A stretch of DNA of 64,000 nucleotides from Eledone cirrhosa (taxonomy: Eukaryota). Below, in pieces: positions 52,272-64,000 of this stretch. The position numbers were made by a program, and so were the translations under genes. The stretch is from NCBI GenBank assembly GCA_964016885.1, contig OZ024743.1:319858001-319922000 (forward strand). The letters run 5' to 3'. The notes under the pieces were generated by a model. It did no database searches and was not told the origin of the DNA. It saw only the letters and a program-made list of their open reading frames with translations. Position 1 is the stretch's first letter, and each line of letters starts with the position of its first letter.

Positions 52272-53506
52272 GAGGGAAAACTAAATAAAAAATTATACGC
52301 ATTCTTGTTGCTGTAACTTGCTATAACAAAACCAGGGATTGACCATTTACATCATTTTCCGATATAGTTTTCTTGCTTTTCGATACACTACTGCCCGCTG
52401 TCTACAAACTTGCTGATTGCATCGGAGAAGAAGGTTTCCGACTAGTCGCGTAGCCTTTTATACACAGCTTGCTGCACTTCTTCGTCCGTAACAAACCGAC
52501 TACCTTGTAAAGGATGTTCGAGCGGTCTAAAGACGTTATCGTCAGAAGGTGCGAGATCTGGACATTATGAAGGGTTTTCCAGCAACTCGAAACCCAATTT
52601 TACAATTGTTTCAAAGGTGTGGGCGGCCGTATGGTGGCGTGCATAGTTGTGCAACAATAACACTTGCTTTGACAATATACCTCGGCGTTTGGTGCAAATT
52701 GCTGGTTACTGTATTTCACTGCAGACCCGTTTTTCAGGTAATGTTCCAGTATAGGCCCCTTTGCGTCCCCCCAAAAAGTTAACGTCAATTTTTCTGAGGA
52801 ACCTTGAGTCTTCATTTTCTATTTTGCTGACTATCCTCGATATATCCACTTCATACTCTGCCTTTTGGATTCTGTTTCAAAGTACTAGACCCAGGTCTCA
52901 TTTCCTATGTCTATTCTCTCCAAAACAGCTTCACCACAATCGTTGTAAAAGTAGAGTAAGCGTTGATAGACCGCTTCACAATTGGGTTTATGCGCTTCGG
53001 TAAGTTATCTTCTCATCCATCTCGCACAGACTTTATGGAAGGGATGCTTGTCATGGATGATTTCGCATGCAGAACCATGACTAATTTGCAGAGAACATAC
53101 CACTTTATCGATGGTCTCTCGAGCTCATTAAAACTTCACATCAACAGTGGTGGTTGATGGGCGTTATGCTCCCGCTTCGTGCCTCACATCTGTCTGGTCA
53201 TTATTAAACTTCTCGATCCACTCATTCACGCTTCTACGTGGTAGAGCGTCGTCGTTGCATTGTAGTGAAGGCCCGCGATGAATTTCAATCACTGGCACTC
53301 CTTCAGACAAGAGAAGTTGGACCACTGATCTCTGTCCTTCATTGGTGCACAATGTTAGTGGAGTGGCCATATTGTAAAACGAGATGTATAGCTGGAGGGA
53401 TGAAGGTCAAACCTCGGTTATGTAACAAGAAAAGTGTTGAAGGCTGTGAGACTAACCTAGAGGAAATTGTGCTGAAAGTGCGGATAATTACTGACTTCCA
53501 CTTGTG

Positions 53507-53508
<2 letters not shown>
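52269..53508 (-). mobile_element. mariner (Tc1/mariner) DNA transposon relic inserted in (TA)n
   Basis: QRSVVQLLLSEG..EIHR..VNEWIEKF N-terminus; HNYARHHTA and PDLAPSD..FRPL..LQGSRFVTDEEVQQAV motifs; TACGAGGG terminus; TIRs decayed. Confidence 0.88.
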
Positions 53509-53585
<77 letters not shown>

Positions 53586-53751
53586 CAACTAGTTATTGCT
53601 CTTCATGGCTGAATACAATAAATGTAAACTGAGGTTTTCGAATATTAATAATAATATTCGATTCGTTTGCAATTATGCAAACACCCTCTTTTATAAACCA
53701 TATCAATAGAATGAACCCCTCATTCTCGATCTTGTGTTGGCATGCAAACAG

Positions 53752-53800
53752 AACTGCAGGCACTAATGTTTCTGGGTGATTACCCTTCATCAGTGCAGTT
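53752..53800 (-). ncRNA. Hammerhead ribozyme with mutated cleavage triplet
   Basis: aactgca-CTGATGA-A-GGGT-aatc-ACCC-A-GAAA-CATTAGTG-CC-tgcagtt; perfect 7-bp stem I; GCC instead of GUC. Confidence 0.7.
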
Positions 53801-53979
53801 TACTGCTTACCTGCCAATTGTCAGAACTAGTAAAACATTTAAGAAACCGTAGCCATAGCCTCGGTGTTTATTTTCCTAGCTACGGCGTCCTAAATGTTTA
53901 CCCTGTAAACATACCGTGTTTCTTTAGAAATACGAAATTTCTATACATATCTGTATCAGCTTTGCTTGAAGCTAAATAC

Positions 53980-54017
<38 letters not shown>

Positions 54018-54019
<2 letters not shown>

Positions 54020-54813
54020 GCTTAAAATGGAGTGGGAATAAGAAGAAAGCAAGAACGGGGGGGGGGGGTGTCCTCATCAGTTTTCTAATGGGGGTCTCGA
54101 ATATTTGTACGCTTTAAAGACAATATATCTACCACCCAGAGCGTCAATAACTGGATAAGTTATTGGGAAAACGGAGGAGGGTGGGGGGGGGGGGGAGGAA
54201 AACAAAAGGGAAGAAAAGAGAAAACTGAAAAAAAAAAACAGCGCAAAAACAACAACAACAAACCGAGAAATGTGCGAGCAACTTAAGCTAAGAAAATCGA
54301 AGACCACACGATGAGAGAACTTAAGTTCAAGACTGTGTGGTCGAGAGAAAAAAGGCACACGTCTGATCCCAGCAGTTGTAAGTGATAAAAGGACTACTAG
54401 AGGGTCAGGCGAGGTAGTGAGAGTGAGAGGGAGAAAGGGAGAGGAAGAAAGTGGGGTAAGAGTAGATAGTAACGAAATAGTTAGGTAGAAGAAGAGAGAA
54501 GACTGGCAGAGAGGATGAGTGAAAGTGAGAGGGAGAATGGGAGAGGAAGAAAGAGGGGTGAAAGTAGATAGTAGCGAAATAGGTATGTAGAAGGGGAGAG
54601 AAGAATGGTCACAGCGAAAACATAAAATATATGGAGAATAGAAATGGCTGTGTAGTTGCTATTTAAGGTAGCTCAAAATGGAGTGGGAATAAGAAGAAAG
54701 CAAGAACGAGGGCGGGGGAGTTTTCCTCATCAGTTGTCTACGAAGGGTGGGTGGGTCTCGGATATTTCTACGCTTTAAAGACAATATATCTACCGCCCAG
54801 AGCGTCAATAACT
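54018..54813. repeat. Non-coding element with ~140-bp direct repeats (54018-54153 / 54669-54813) and an internal ~100-bp purine-rich duplication
   Basis: tagct.aaaatggagtgggaataagaag..cctcatcag..agcgtcaataactg occurs twice. Confidence 0.85.
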
Positions 54814-54862
54814 GTTTATATATATAAACATACACACACACCCCCACACATAAACATACACT

Positions 54863-55130
54863 AATCATCATTGCGACCACAGTCGAACATTTCTGACAGT
54901 CTCTGCACAAATCCTGGAAACTGCTCCATGTTGAGGTTTGTATCATCTGACAGTTGATCGATGAATGTTCGACCAGGTCTTCCTCTATGGTATCTTCTGT
55001 GAGGTGGTTCCCACAATAGTAGCTTGTGTATAATTTCCTGCTTATTTCCCCAGCAATGTCCTGCAAAACATTGAGCAATAATAATTCACGCAAATTCCTT
55101 CAGAGACATCCAGATATTGATAAAACGTAA
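54863..55130 (-). mobile_element. RTE/RTEX-type LINE 3' fragment
   Basis: FAGHCWGNKQEIIHKLLLWEPPHRRYHRGRPGRTFIDQLSDD, with an atgatgatt end. Confidence 0.75.
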
Positions 55131-55665
55131 AAACAAACAAGGAAACACATAAACACACACAAGCAGCATGCGCGTACAAACATACAATAACACACAAACA
55201 CACACAAAATAACATATCACCATTATCAACACAGGCCCAAAGCAGGCACATATATCGAACCACACTCATCCATACACGCACACACCAAAACACATAAAAT
55301 CATCAAGAACAAAATGCAAACTACCGAAACACACATAGACGCATACACACTCATAAAAAAGCGCACACAAAAGCAAAAACTAAAACCAAGTCGCACACAC
55401 ACAATATACCAGTAACAATTATAGATTCCGACGCTCCCCATCTACTTTGTCGGCAACATCAGCACGCAAGATTGGTTCCTCATGCACCTTACCCACCCTA
55501 GTAAACACCATTTCTTCCTCTTTTTAACCTTGCAAACCACCTTCTTCTCTTCACTCTACTTTTCCTAATGAAGGACTCATATCAAATATATCGAGATATT
55601 CCTTTTCTTTTTTCAACAAGCCTGAAACTAATACGACTGAGTAATTATATCTCTGTGTTTGTCGT

Positions 55666-55760
<95 letters not shown>

Positions 55761-55809
55761 CACATATATAGATAGATATAGATATAACTACAGATATAGA
55801 TATATATTT

Positions 55810-55851
<42 letters not shown>

Positions 55852-56097
55852 TTGCGAGGTTTTTTATATGAAATCGTGTGTCGAAACAAATATTGTTATA
55901 CTTGGGGAGGGTCATATTTGTGTCATATAGCCAGAATTAATAACAGAACACACTCACTGTTTGGTTGGTTTTCGCTTCTCACTTCTGTGTCTTTTATATC
56001 GGTATCTAACTTACTCGGTCCTCAATGTTGCCATTGACTGACCGACGGTCAATAATAATACAGATACAATATAGACACAAACACATATATATAGTTT

Positions 56098-56140
56098 ATC
56101 ATAAATCTTTCGTTGCACATCTGCAACATCGTCAGTGGTG
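56098..56140 (-). ncRNA. Hammerhead ribozyme in the Penelope 3' region
   Basis: acca-CTGACGA-T-GTTGCA-gatg-TGCAAC-GAAA-GATT-TA-tgat. Confidence 0.7.
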
Positions 56141-56382
56141 TTATTGTTTCCGCCTGTTGTATTGTATGTCTACGCCATTTTTATTCAGTCTGTATATATA
56201 TTTATTTATTTATTTGCTTGTTTGTTTATTTTATTTTGTCTTCTTTGTGCATGCGTTTGTGTGTGTGTATAGTGTTTTGTTTGCTGTGTGATGGGTGACT
56301 AGTGTGTGTTTATGTGCTTGTTGTTATTGTGCTTGTGTATGTATTTATTTATTTATCTATTTATTTTATTTTATTTACTTAT

Positions 56383-57890
56383 TTATACTTTTCTTAGGTC
56401 ATTGTTGTTTGTTTGGGTGTTGTTGTTATTCCATTCATTCTTTCTGTTTAGTCTTGGCCTTCTAATTTCTATTTCACTGGCCTCTCTGATTTGCCTATCT
56501 GCTGGGTCATTTCTATGTTTAGATATTATTCTAATTTCTATGTTGTCTATGTTACCGTCATGTTGTTGTCTAGCATGTTCGTATAGTACTGACCCGTTTT
56601 TTCGTCCTTTTAGTTCCCCCCACTGTTGATCTATCCTTTCACCTATGCTACGAGCTGTCTCGCCTATGTATGTTGTTGTCATGTTTCTGCAAGTACCCTC
56701 TGTACATCTTATGCTATAGACTACGTTTCTAGTTTTACAGTTTATCCGGGGGTTTACCTTACATATGATACATTTCCTATTGGTACAGTGGGTTTTCTTA
56801 AAAGGGTAGGTTTTGCTGATCAGGGATTTTATGGTGGTTCCTGGCTTTTCTACCACCTTAATTTTTAAGTGGGTCTTTCTCAGGGCCTTTCTACACTGGT
56901 TAACTAATTTCGCTCCAGGGGTAGCGTCCACAAACATGGCACTCTGGTATCTCTGGTTGTCGTACCATGAGGTGGCTTTCCCTATCTTATGTCTAGCCCT
57001 ATCTAAGCTATTCCATGATTTGCTCCTGTATAATGGGCAAATTCCTTTCATGTCCAGTTCTATGAGGGTCTTATACTTCTCCATGGCTCCTTCGTATACT
57101 TTGACTCTGTCTCTTTGGTTGTAGCCAGAGAACTGCAAGTGTTGGATGTGTCTTTCCATTTCTGTTGGGTCGCACATGCGGGACACATTCTTCATCACTC
57201 GTACCAAATCTGCGATCAGAATATTAAACTTAGCACTACTGGACATTGCTGAGTTTTTGAGTATCAGGTATTTGGAGGCCATGGGTTTAGCATAGTGTGA
57301 GTGGATAATTTGGGCTCTCTCGTCTATAGTGTTAATCCAGAGTTCTGTATCTAATAGAGGTAGTCTATTGTTAGGGTGTTTGGAAGGGAAGTCGATAGTT
57401 ACAGTTATACTCTGGTGTATGGAATTAGCTATCTGCTGGATGCTTTCCATCGTGCTACGTTCTAAATCAAACTTGTTAGTGCTTTCTAGTGGGGATGTTA
57501 TTATAACTATATTGATATCGTCTACATATCGAGAGTACATGATGAGGTCTATGGAGCTCTCATTAAGGAGATCTTTAAGTCTCCTTTCCCACCATACCAT
57601 GAACAGGTTGGCAACATCACCAGCTATGCTGACGCCAATGGCTGCTCCCTCATTTTGGGTGTAGATCTTCTCGTTGAACTTAAATATGTGGCCCTTTAGG
57701 GTAGTTTTGATACTAGCCCCTATTGCATGTGCGACCATTTTTCTTACCTGATCATTGTTTTGAGGGGTCCGTATAGCTTTGGTCCACCCAATCCACCTTC
57801 CCATGGGAGTCTTTTTTGCCATTGAGGTTATGGTGGGGGGGGGGGGGGGGGGTCTACGTTTCTGCCCTAGTAGACCTATAAGAGGTAGAC
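56383..57890 (-). CDS. Penelope RT (motif B onward) + thumb + GIY-YIG endonuclease, open reading frame
   Basis: EGAAIGVSIAGDVANLFM, YSRYVDD, LPLLD, CTNRKCIIC, NVVYSIRC..YIGETARS; the N-terminal ~30 aa of the predicted 530-aa ORF derive from the inversion. Confidence 0.85.
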
Positions 57891-58373
57891 ACCCCACCAT
57901 AACCTCAATGGCAAAAAAGACTCCCATGGGAAGGTGGATTGGGTGAACCAAAGCTATACGGACCCTCCAAAACAATGATCAGGTAAGAAAAATGGTCGCA
58001 CATGCAATAGGGGCTAGTATCAAAACTACCCTAAAGGGCCACATATTTAAGTTCAACGAGAAGATCTACACCCAAAATGAGGGAGCGAAATATATATATG
58101 TGTTTGTGTCTATATTGTATCTGTATTATTTTTGACCGTCGGTCAGTCAATGGCAACATTGAGGACCGAGTAAGTTAGATTACCGATATAAAAGACACAG
58201 AAGCGAGAAGCGAAAACCAACCAAACAGTGAGTGTGTTCTGTTATTAATTCTGGCAATATTACACAAATATGACCCTCCCCAAGTATAACAATATATATA
58301 TATATACATATATAAATATATATATATATGTATATCTGTCTGTAGATATAGATATATATACATACATATATAT

Positions 58374-58648
58374 ATATAATATGAAACGAAAAATCAGCGA
58401 TGCATCTGAACTCAATTCATTGTGTGTTAGAATTGTTTCGCCGACGGGCAGCTCGAGACGCGATCATTGTGTGGATCACTGAGAGAATATGCTCTCCGAA
58501 ATCATTAGACGTGTCCGTCGAACCCGTGGGTCCAGAATCAGACAGATCCACACAATGATCGCGTCTCGAGCTGTCCACCGGCGAAACAATTGTAACACAC
58601 AATAAATTGAGTTCAGATGCATCACTGATTTTTCGTTTTATATTATAT
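58374..58648. repeat. ~104-bp-arm inverted repeat containing a decayed hammerhead (58511-58598, +)
   Basis: 58374-58477 is the reverse complement of 58545-58648; gtgt-CCGTCGA-ACCCGTGG..CCACCGGC-GAAA-CAATTG-TA-acac. Confidence 0.85.
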
Positions 58649-58725
58649 CATACTCTGCTCTGTAAGAGCATAGAGTGCTCAACCGGCATACCGCCTATGG
58701 AAGCATCTTAGCTACCATCCGAGAC

Positions 58726-58767
<42 letters not shown>

Positions 58768-59061
58768 AGCGGAGCAAGCAATTATCAAACAATTCTCTAA
58801 ATAAATTAAAAAACGATTCAAATAATCACCTGTTCTATTGCTGTTACTGACGGTTTCACCAATCCAAAGATTGGAAATCCAGAGAATTTTCAATGGAAAG
58901 AATTAGATCTTCAGACAGCTTATTTCCACACTATAAGGTTGCTAATTTCACAGTAAGTCAATATTTCGCTTCCTGTCTAACGCATGCGGTCAGGCCGTTA
59001 AAATGACCCACACGCAAAATCAGGTCGCAAGTAAGAGCTGTATATATATATATATATATAT

Positions 59062-59405
59062 AAATATTTCGAATCTTCAAAGAAATACAGTTTTAGGAAG
59101 CCGTAGCTATGCAAACACCGGGGGGCTAACGACCACTGGTGATGTTCAGCAGAAGCAAGTGGGACAACCGTCTATGCATTTCAGGCTTAACTTCTAGTCC
59201 ACCAGTCGCAAGCGGTGGGAGGGACCGTCCTGACGAAGGCCAGTTAAACCTGAAATGCATAGACGGTTGTCCCCCTTCTGCTGGACATGACCAGAGGGCG
59301 TTAGCCCCCCGGTGTTTGCATAGCTACGGCTTCCTAAAACTGTATTTCTTTGGAGATACGAAATATTTATACATATTGTATAAAGCTATGCTTGAAGCGA
59401 AATCC
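59062..59405. repeat. ~130-bp-arm inverted repeat (59062-59192 / 59242-59368); related fragment at 53833-53980
   Basis: Reverse-complement match; shared cggtgttt..tagctacggc.tcctaaa..atacgaaat..gcttgaagc.aaat. Confidence 0.85.
59224..59267 (+). ncRNA. Canonical type-I minimal hammerhead ribozyme
   Basis: accgtc-CTGACGA-AGG-ccagttaaa-CCT-GAAA-TGCA-TA-gacggt; perfect 6-bp stem I, palindromic stem III ATGCAT. Confidence 0.85.
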
Positions 59406-59429
59406 TATTTCTTTTATATATATTCAATA

Positions 59430-61645
59430 AAAATAATAAAAATTTGAAGACTAAAATCCAAAGAGGGCTCGATAAGGATAAATATATATCAAATATATAA
59501 GAACCGTAGAGCAAATATTTATTAAATAACAGATTAAACATGTTTATTTAAAATAGCCCCTACGTACGTTTCGCCCGAATGGGCTTCTCAAGGACATAAT
59601 AACTAAAAAGCGTTCCTTACATAACCCGAATGGGTTTTTAGAGATAAGTTCACGTCAGAGTTCATTCTTCGTAAAAAAACATGTATTGATTTTGCAGTAG
59701 GTCAAGGGAGATAACTCTGACCCGTGTTATGGCAGTCTTTTGCGGACAAATATTTTATCCGTTACCAGTATGTGGCTACTACCTTACCATTGTCGATACG
59801 CACAGGGTCAGGCATGCAACGTTTGTTTCGAGACGTTTGTTTTCAGCGCCTGCCCACCTGGGTCGAATCATGCCGGGTCTGGAATGCATGGTTAGTTTCC
59901 GGATGTTTTTTGCAGCGCCTGCCCGCCGGTGTGTTAAAGCTTGGTGCAGGGAAACCCGGTTTACGGTTTCACTCCTCGTTCTTATTCGATCTGGAGTAGG
60001 ATATTTTTAAGCGGTGCGTACAGCTTATCGTCGTTTCAGCTCTGCTGTTGATGAGCTCGTGGGGTGCTGTTATGATGTGGTAGAGCTCCATGAGGCAAAG
60101 CTCGCACTTCCTCTTGAAGTTGTACGACAATTTCCCAGTGTGTGGAGAAGCTGATGTTTGAGTCTTTTAATGCTGTGATGTAGTTCGCGAGCGAAGTGGG
60201 GTGTCTTAGTTTCTTGTTTGCGAAAGAGTGGAGATGTGTTCGAAATCTAATTTTGAACGGGCCAGAGGTAGCCCCTATATAATGTTTAACGCTATTATGG
60301 CTAGTTACGGTGCACCTATATATAACCCTATCAGTCAAGCAGTTCCCCCTAAGGGGAAACGTCCCCTGTCGCGGCAGTTGCAATTTCTGTCGCGGTCCCT
60401 TCTAGTTCCCACGGTAGGGCTATTATTATTGTTATCTACGTTGTTACCTACGCTCCCACACCTGTCATTAGCCCCCTTATAACACACTGCGTGCGGGGTG
60501 GTACAATTATTATTCCGCACGCAGCAGCACCTTCCGTTGCCGCCAGGTGACCCGTGCAGGTCACTTGCATATTCCCCAGTCATGTCGCGGTTATCTTGAT
60601 TGCGTCTGTAGTGGCTGTTGCCAGCACTATTGGATGCTGCTAGGGAGTTGTTAAGGCCGATATTGTTGTTGTCAGGTGTAGGTGCGTCTGTGCTAAGGTG
60701 CTGTGTCTTGGTGATTTTACTGTGATTAGTTGTTCCTATGATGTCTGCTAGGTTAGGAGAAGTAGAGAAGGATATTTTTATATTGTTCCTATTAAGGATT
60801 TTCCTATACCTATGGTTGGGTTGGAAGTTCTTCTCTAAGGCTTCGAAGAATATCCGAAGTATGTCGGAGGCCACACTCCGATGGACTCATAGGACGTTAC
60901 GGTGGCGGTTACGTATCTTAGTACGTTTGCCACGGGTTGTGCTATCAGGGTGACCGTTCTTATGCATGTTAATGCGCTGTAGCCGGTTACGTGTCCTTTT
61001 CGCTTTATGCTCGGGTGCACTCTTCTTCTTTCTGCTACATTTATGTATAGGAAGATGTTGGTTGGAAGGCGTTGGTAGTAGGCCGTCGCCTTTGTTGATT
61101 TTATAGTAGGCGAATAATTCGAGTACGCTACAGTGGTCACTGTCAACGGGGTCGTGATCTTTATTGTGTGGTAAGCTACCTATACTATCACCAGTGTAAT
61201 TAGCATTGTGGCCGTGTTCCTTAGTGTTATTTACTATACTATTACATCCGACTCCTTCGAAGCCGCCGCGTGATCGGTTATAGATATGGCTTACTATAAC
61301 GTTAGTCTTATGAGGGGGGTGGTTTCTGGAGCTAGCATTAGGGATGTAGGAGATTCCTCGGTTAAAACCGACGCTTATCGTAGTAATCAGTATTGTAGCA
61401 ATCGGCCGCTTGGTTGAAGATATCCTCATTGGTGGAGAGCCTCGAGATCCTATGTGAGATGCTATAGACTATGGAGTTGAGAGTCTGCTTAGGGTGGTTG
61501 GAGGCATAATTAATATAAGAAAGGCTCTCTTCAGACTTATGGTATGGCTTATATAGGCCCGTACTCAACTCCAGGGTCACGTCCAGGAAGTTTACAACCT
61601 GGAGGTTGAGGTCTATAGTTACGGATAGGCCGTATGACTTCTGTT
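59430..61645 (-). mobile_element. 5'-truncated Penelope-like element (Naiad-like signature), thumb + GIY-YIG, with 3' region
   Basis: VNFLDVTL..YKPYHK..SNHP, ILNRNNIKISFS, CNCR..PL.GNCL..VIYRCTV..YIGAT..FKIRF..H, CELCL.E..INSR.E..SCTH. Confidence 0.88.
59557..59594 (-). ncRNA. Hammerhead-like motif with variant core
   Basis: cc-TTGAGAA-GCCC-attc-GGGC-GAAA-CGTACG-TA-gg, followed by AATAAA. Confidence 0.6.
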
Positions 61646-61844
61646 TGTATATATATATACAAACACACACATCTAATTAGTATCCCAACGAAGGATCCAA
61701 ACTGTTTATGCTGGTCTGGTCTTGCTGAATCGTCTAATAAAATGGATCTGCCCAGGGTCCATCCCTGTGACTCAATGTATATTCTGAGTTGGGCGAGTCA
61801 CTTGAGAGACGATTTTCTCAGCCCGCCAGCTGATGCAGAATTGT

Positions 61845-62990
61845 GTTGAGTAGCAAGTGTCGCTGTTCCAATTATTTTTGAAAGTTACTAAAGCATTCGA
61901 TACTGTTAATCGCAGTGCACTGTGGGTCATATTGGGTAAACTTGGATGCCTTGAATTTGTTGGAATATAAAAAAGAAAACGTGAAAATATGAAGGCAAAA
62001 GTGAACTTCGATAGAACACTTATAGACCGAATATGAATGGAAAACGGTTTCAAACAAGGCGACATACCTGCAACCATTCGTTCCCCATCTACTTTGCCGT
62101 GCTGCTGACATATGCCTTCCAAGTCTTCTAAATCGATGTATACTTGCGAATTAGAATATCTAGCAAAGTCAATAATCTACGACATTTTAACACCAAGTCC
62201 AAAACATTTGATACTCTAGTCAGGGGGTTCCTTTATGCTGATGATGCAGATTTTGTTGCACACACAGTAGAAGACATGCAGCCGATATTGAACATCTACA
62301 ATGTATGCACTGCATCTGGGCTAAATAGCATAAATAACACAATGACTATGTACACTCACCAATTTGGGAAATGGATTTGAAGCCAGACATTCTCGTGGGA
62401 TTAAAAATACTTGAGGTGGTGTACAACATTGTGTATCTCTGAAGTACACTTAGTAGAGACGGTACCTTCGATGACGAAGTAAATCACAGGTTTACAAAAA
62501 CGAGTTTTGATTTCGGGAAACTTGGGAAGCGAGTCTGGTTAGATCGGGGTAATTAAACTGACTCAAAGTTCTCTGTGTACGAGGCCTGTGGTCTTCTAAC
62601 CTAGCTATTCGGTTGTGAAACGTGGACAACTTACAGGCATCATATCAAGCAGTTGGAAAAGTTTCATTAGAATTGTATGCGACACATCCTGGACATCAAG
62701 TGCTCCTCATACTCCCACATTGTTGCTGTACTTGAGAAAGCGGGAAGCACCAGAATTAGAAAGAGGTTAATTGTGAACTAGATACGTTGGGTTTGTGATG
62801 AGATCAGGATGGGAGATGGAAGGCTCTCTAAACATATATTTTATGTGGAGCTGACCAGATGGAAATGCTACAGCATAAACCAAAGAAGCGGTTTAAGGGT
62901 GTCATAAAAGACAAGCTCTGAAAATTGATATGGATAACTGAGTAGTATTGACTGAAGGCTGTAGTTAATGGATAAAGAGTGAGTGAGGCA
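61845..62990 (+). mobile_element. RTE-clade LINE RT relic
   Basis: KAFDTVNRSALWVILGKLGC, NGFKQGD, FLYADDADFVAH, LFGCETWTTY. Confidence 0.88.
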
Positions 62991-63084
62991 TATTGCTTTG
63001 AAACGTTCACTATGTAAGCGAGACCCAATCACTCTTTCTCCATTAATTACAGCCTTCAGTCAATGCTCCTCAGTTATCCGTATA

Positions 63085-63525
63085 AATTTTCGAGGCAAGC
63101 CGGAACGCTCGCAGCGTTACCTCGGGTGATGGCGCAGCTGAGGTGCTGGAACAACTAAGCAGCCCCCAGAACATCACCAGTTAACTCGGTTAGGCGAGCC
63201 GCCAGTGAAGATAAGAACCTCGCAGTTGGTAGGCCGACTCTCCCAAACGTCTCGAACACCACAGGCTGGATAATGTAGTTAGCTGACAGAACACGGTATT
63301 TTAGGATTTTGTTCCGTTCAGCTGCGGATGCTGTAGTTCTCACCCTTACCTCTGCAAATAGTATGAGGGAAGAAGCAAAATAGTCACTAACTGTTACGTC
63401 CTAGGTAAGGCACCTACCTCTTGACAAGGGGCACAGGGTAAGACTGTCAGGTCTTCCCCCATCAATTCTGAACAACCCAGACTATTCCAAAATTGAGTGG
63501 ATATTTGCCCAGCAAAATCTCTTAA
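63085..63525 (-). mobile_element. CRE-clade non-LTR element 3' fragment (RLE domain)
   Basis: GLFRIDGGRPDSLTL..DVTVSD..AERNKILKY..PVVFETFG..AITRGNAASV. Confidence 0.8.
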
Positions 63526-63611
63526 GTGGTAATAGGACAGGGTGTGTATGTTCGCGTGCGTGAGTTTGTTGGCATTCTTAAATTAGGGACGCGTGTGAAT
63601 ATGTGTGTGTG

Positions 63612-63726
<115 letters not shown>

Positions 63727-63834
63727 CATACATATATATATATATCTGGGTGTGTCACCTTCCTTTTACACACACGTACATTCACACAAAGACACACATT
63801 GTGTGACGGGCGGATGGATTGAAGTCACTCAAAT

Positions 63835-64000
63835 TCATATACATGTGAATGGAGTTCAACTGAAGCAGGTAGAGAAGTTCAGGTATCTCGGGGCCGTATT
63901 CACGAGTGATGGAAGGCAGGAGGCTAGTGCAAGAATTGCAAAAGCTGATGCAGTAATGCGCCAGCTTCAGCATTCAGTAATCAGAAGGGAGGTAGGTGTA
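63835..64000 (+). mobile_element. RTE-clade LINE fragment (runs off the window end)
   Basis: [31 protein letters not shown]. Confidence 0.8.

Larger units (their letters stand above)
55891..58294 (-). mobile_element. 5'-truncated Penelope-like element with an internal fold-back inversion and ~205-bp terminal inverted copies of its 3' tail
   Basis: 55891-56095 is the reverse complement of ~58090-58294; 57642-57839 is the reverse complement of 57890-58086. Confidence 0.92.

Noticed and set aside
54018-54813. Direct repeats here and at 18205-19138 as LTR/TRIM retrotransposons
   Set aside because: No TG..CA termini, PBS or TSD visible.
59600-60400. Selenoprotein recoding in the Naiad-like element
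   Set aside because: The conserved Cys positions I could read are not TGA codons, and I could not identify a SECIS by eye.

Overview
Repeat-saturated eukaryotic (animal) DNA with no recognisable host gene. The (TA)n/(CA)n-rich background and a Nin-domain-like SINE point to a cephalopod (Octopus-like) genome, which is an inference. Identifiable content is transposon-derived: R4/Dong-type RT+RLE LINEs (three families), Tx1-type APE LINEs, four Penelope-like elements (RT+GIY-YIG), a decayed Helitron, a decayed mariner, and RTE and CRE fragments. Four things stand out. (1) A ~27-kb block (24.8-52.0 kb) is built from seven LINE insertions of two unrelated clades in opposite orientation, with an (AAT)n tract at every junction. 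(2) About 15 minimal type-I hammerhead-ribozyme motifs lie outside that block, several in non-coding repeats of more than one unit length (retrozyme/pLTR-like, including a ~430-bp family). (3) Repeated fold-back palindromes sit at or near these ribozymes. (4) Two divergent Dong families share a 5' leader, and one mini-Tx1 is chimeric. All coordinates were read by eye and may be off by a few bases.
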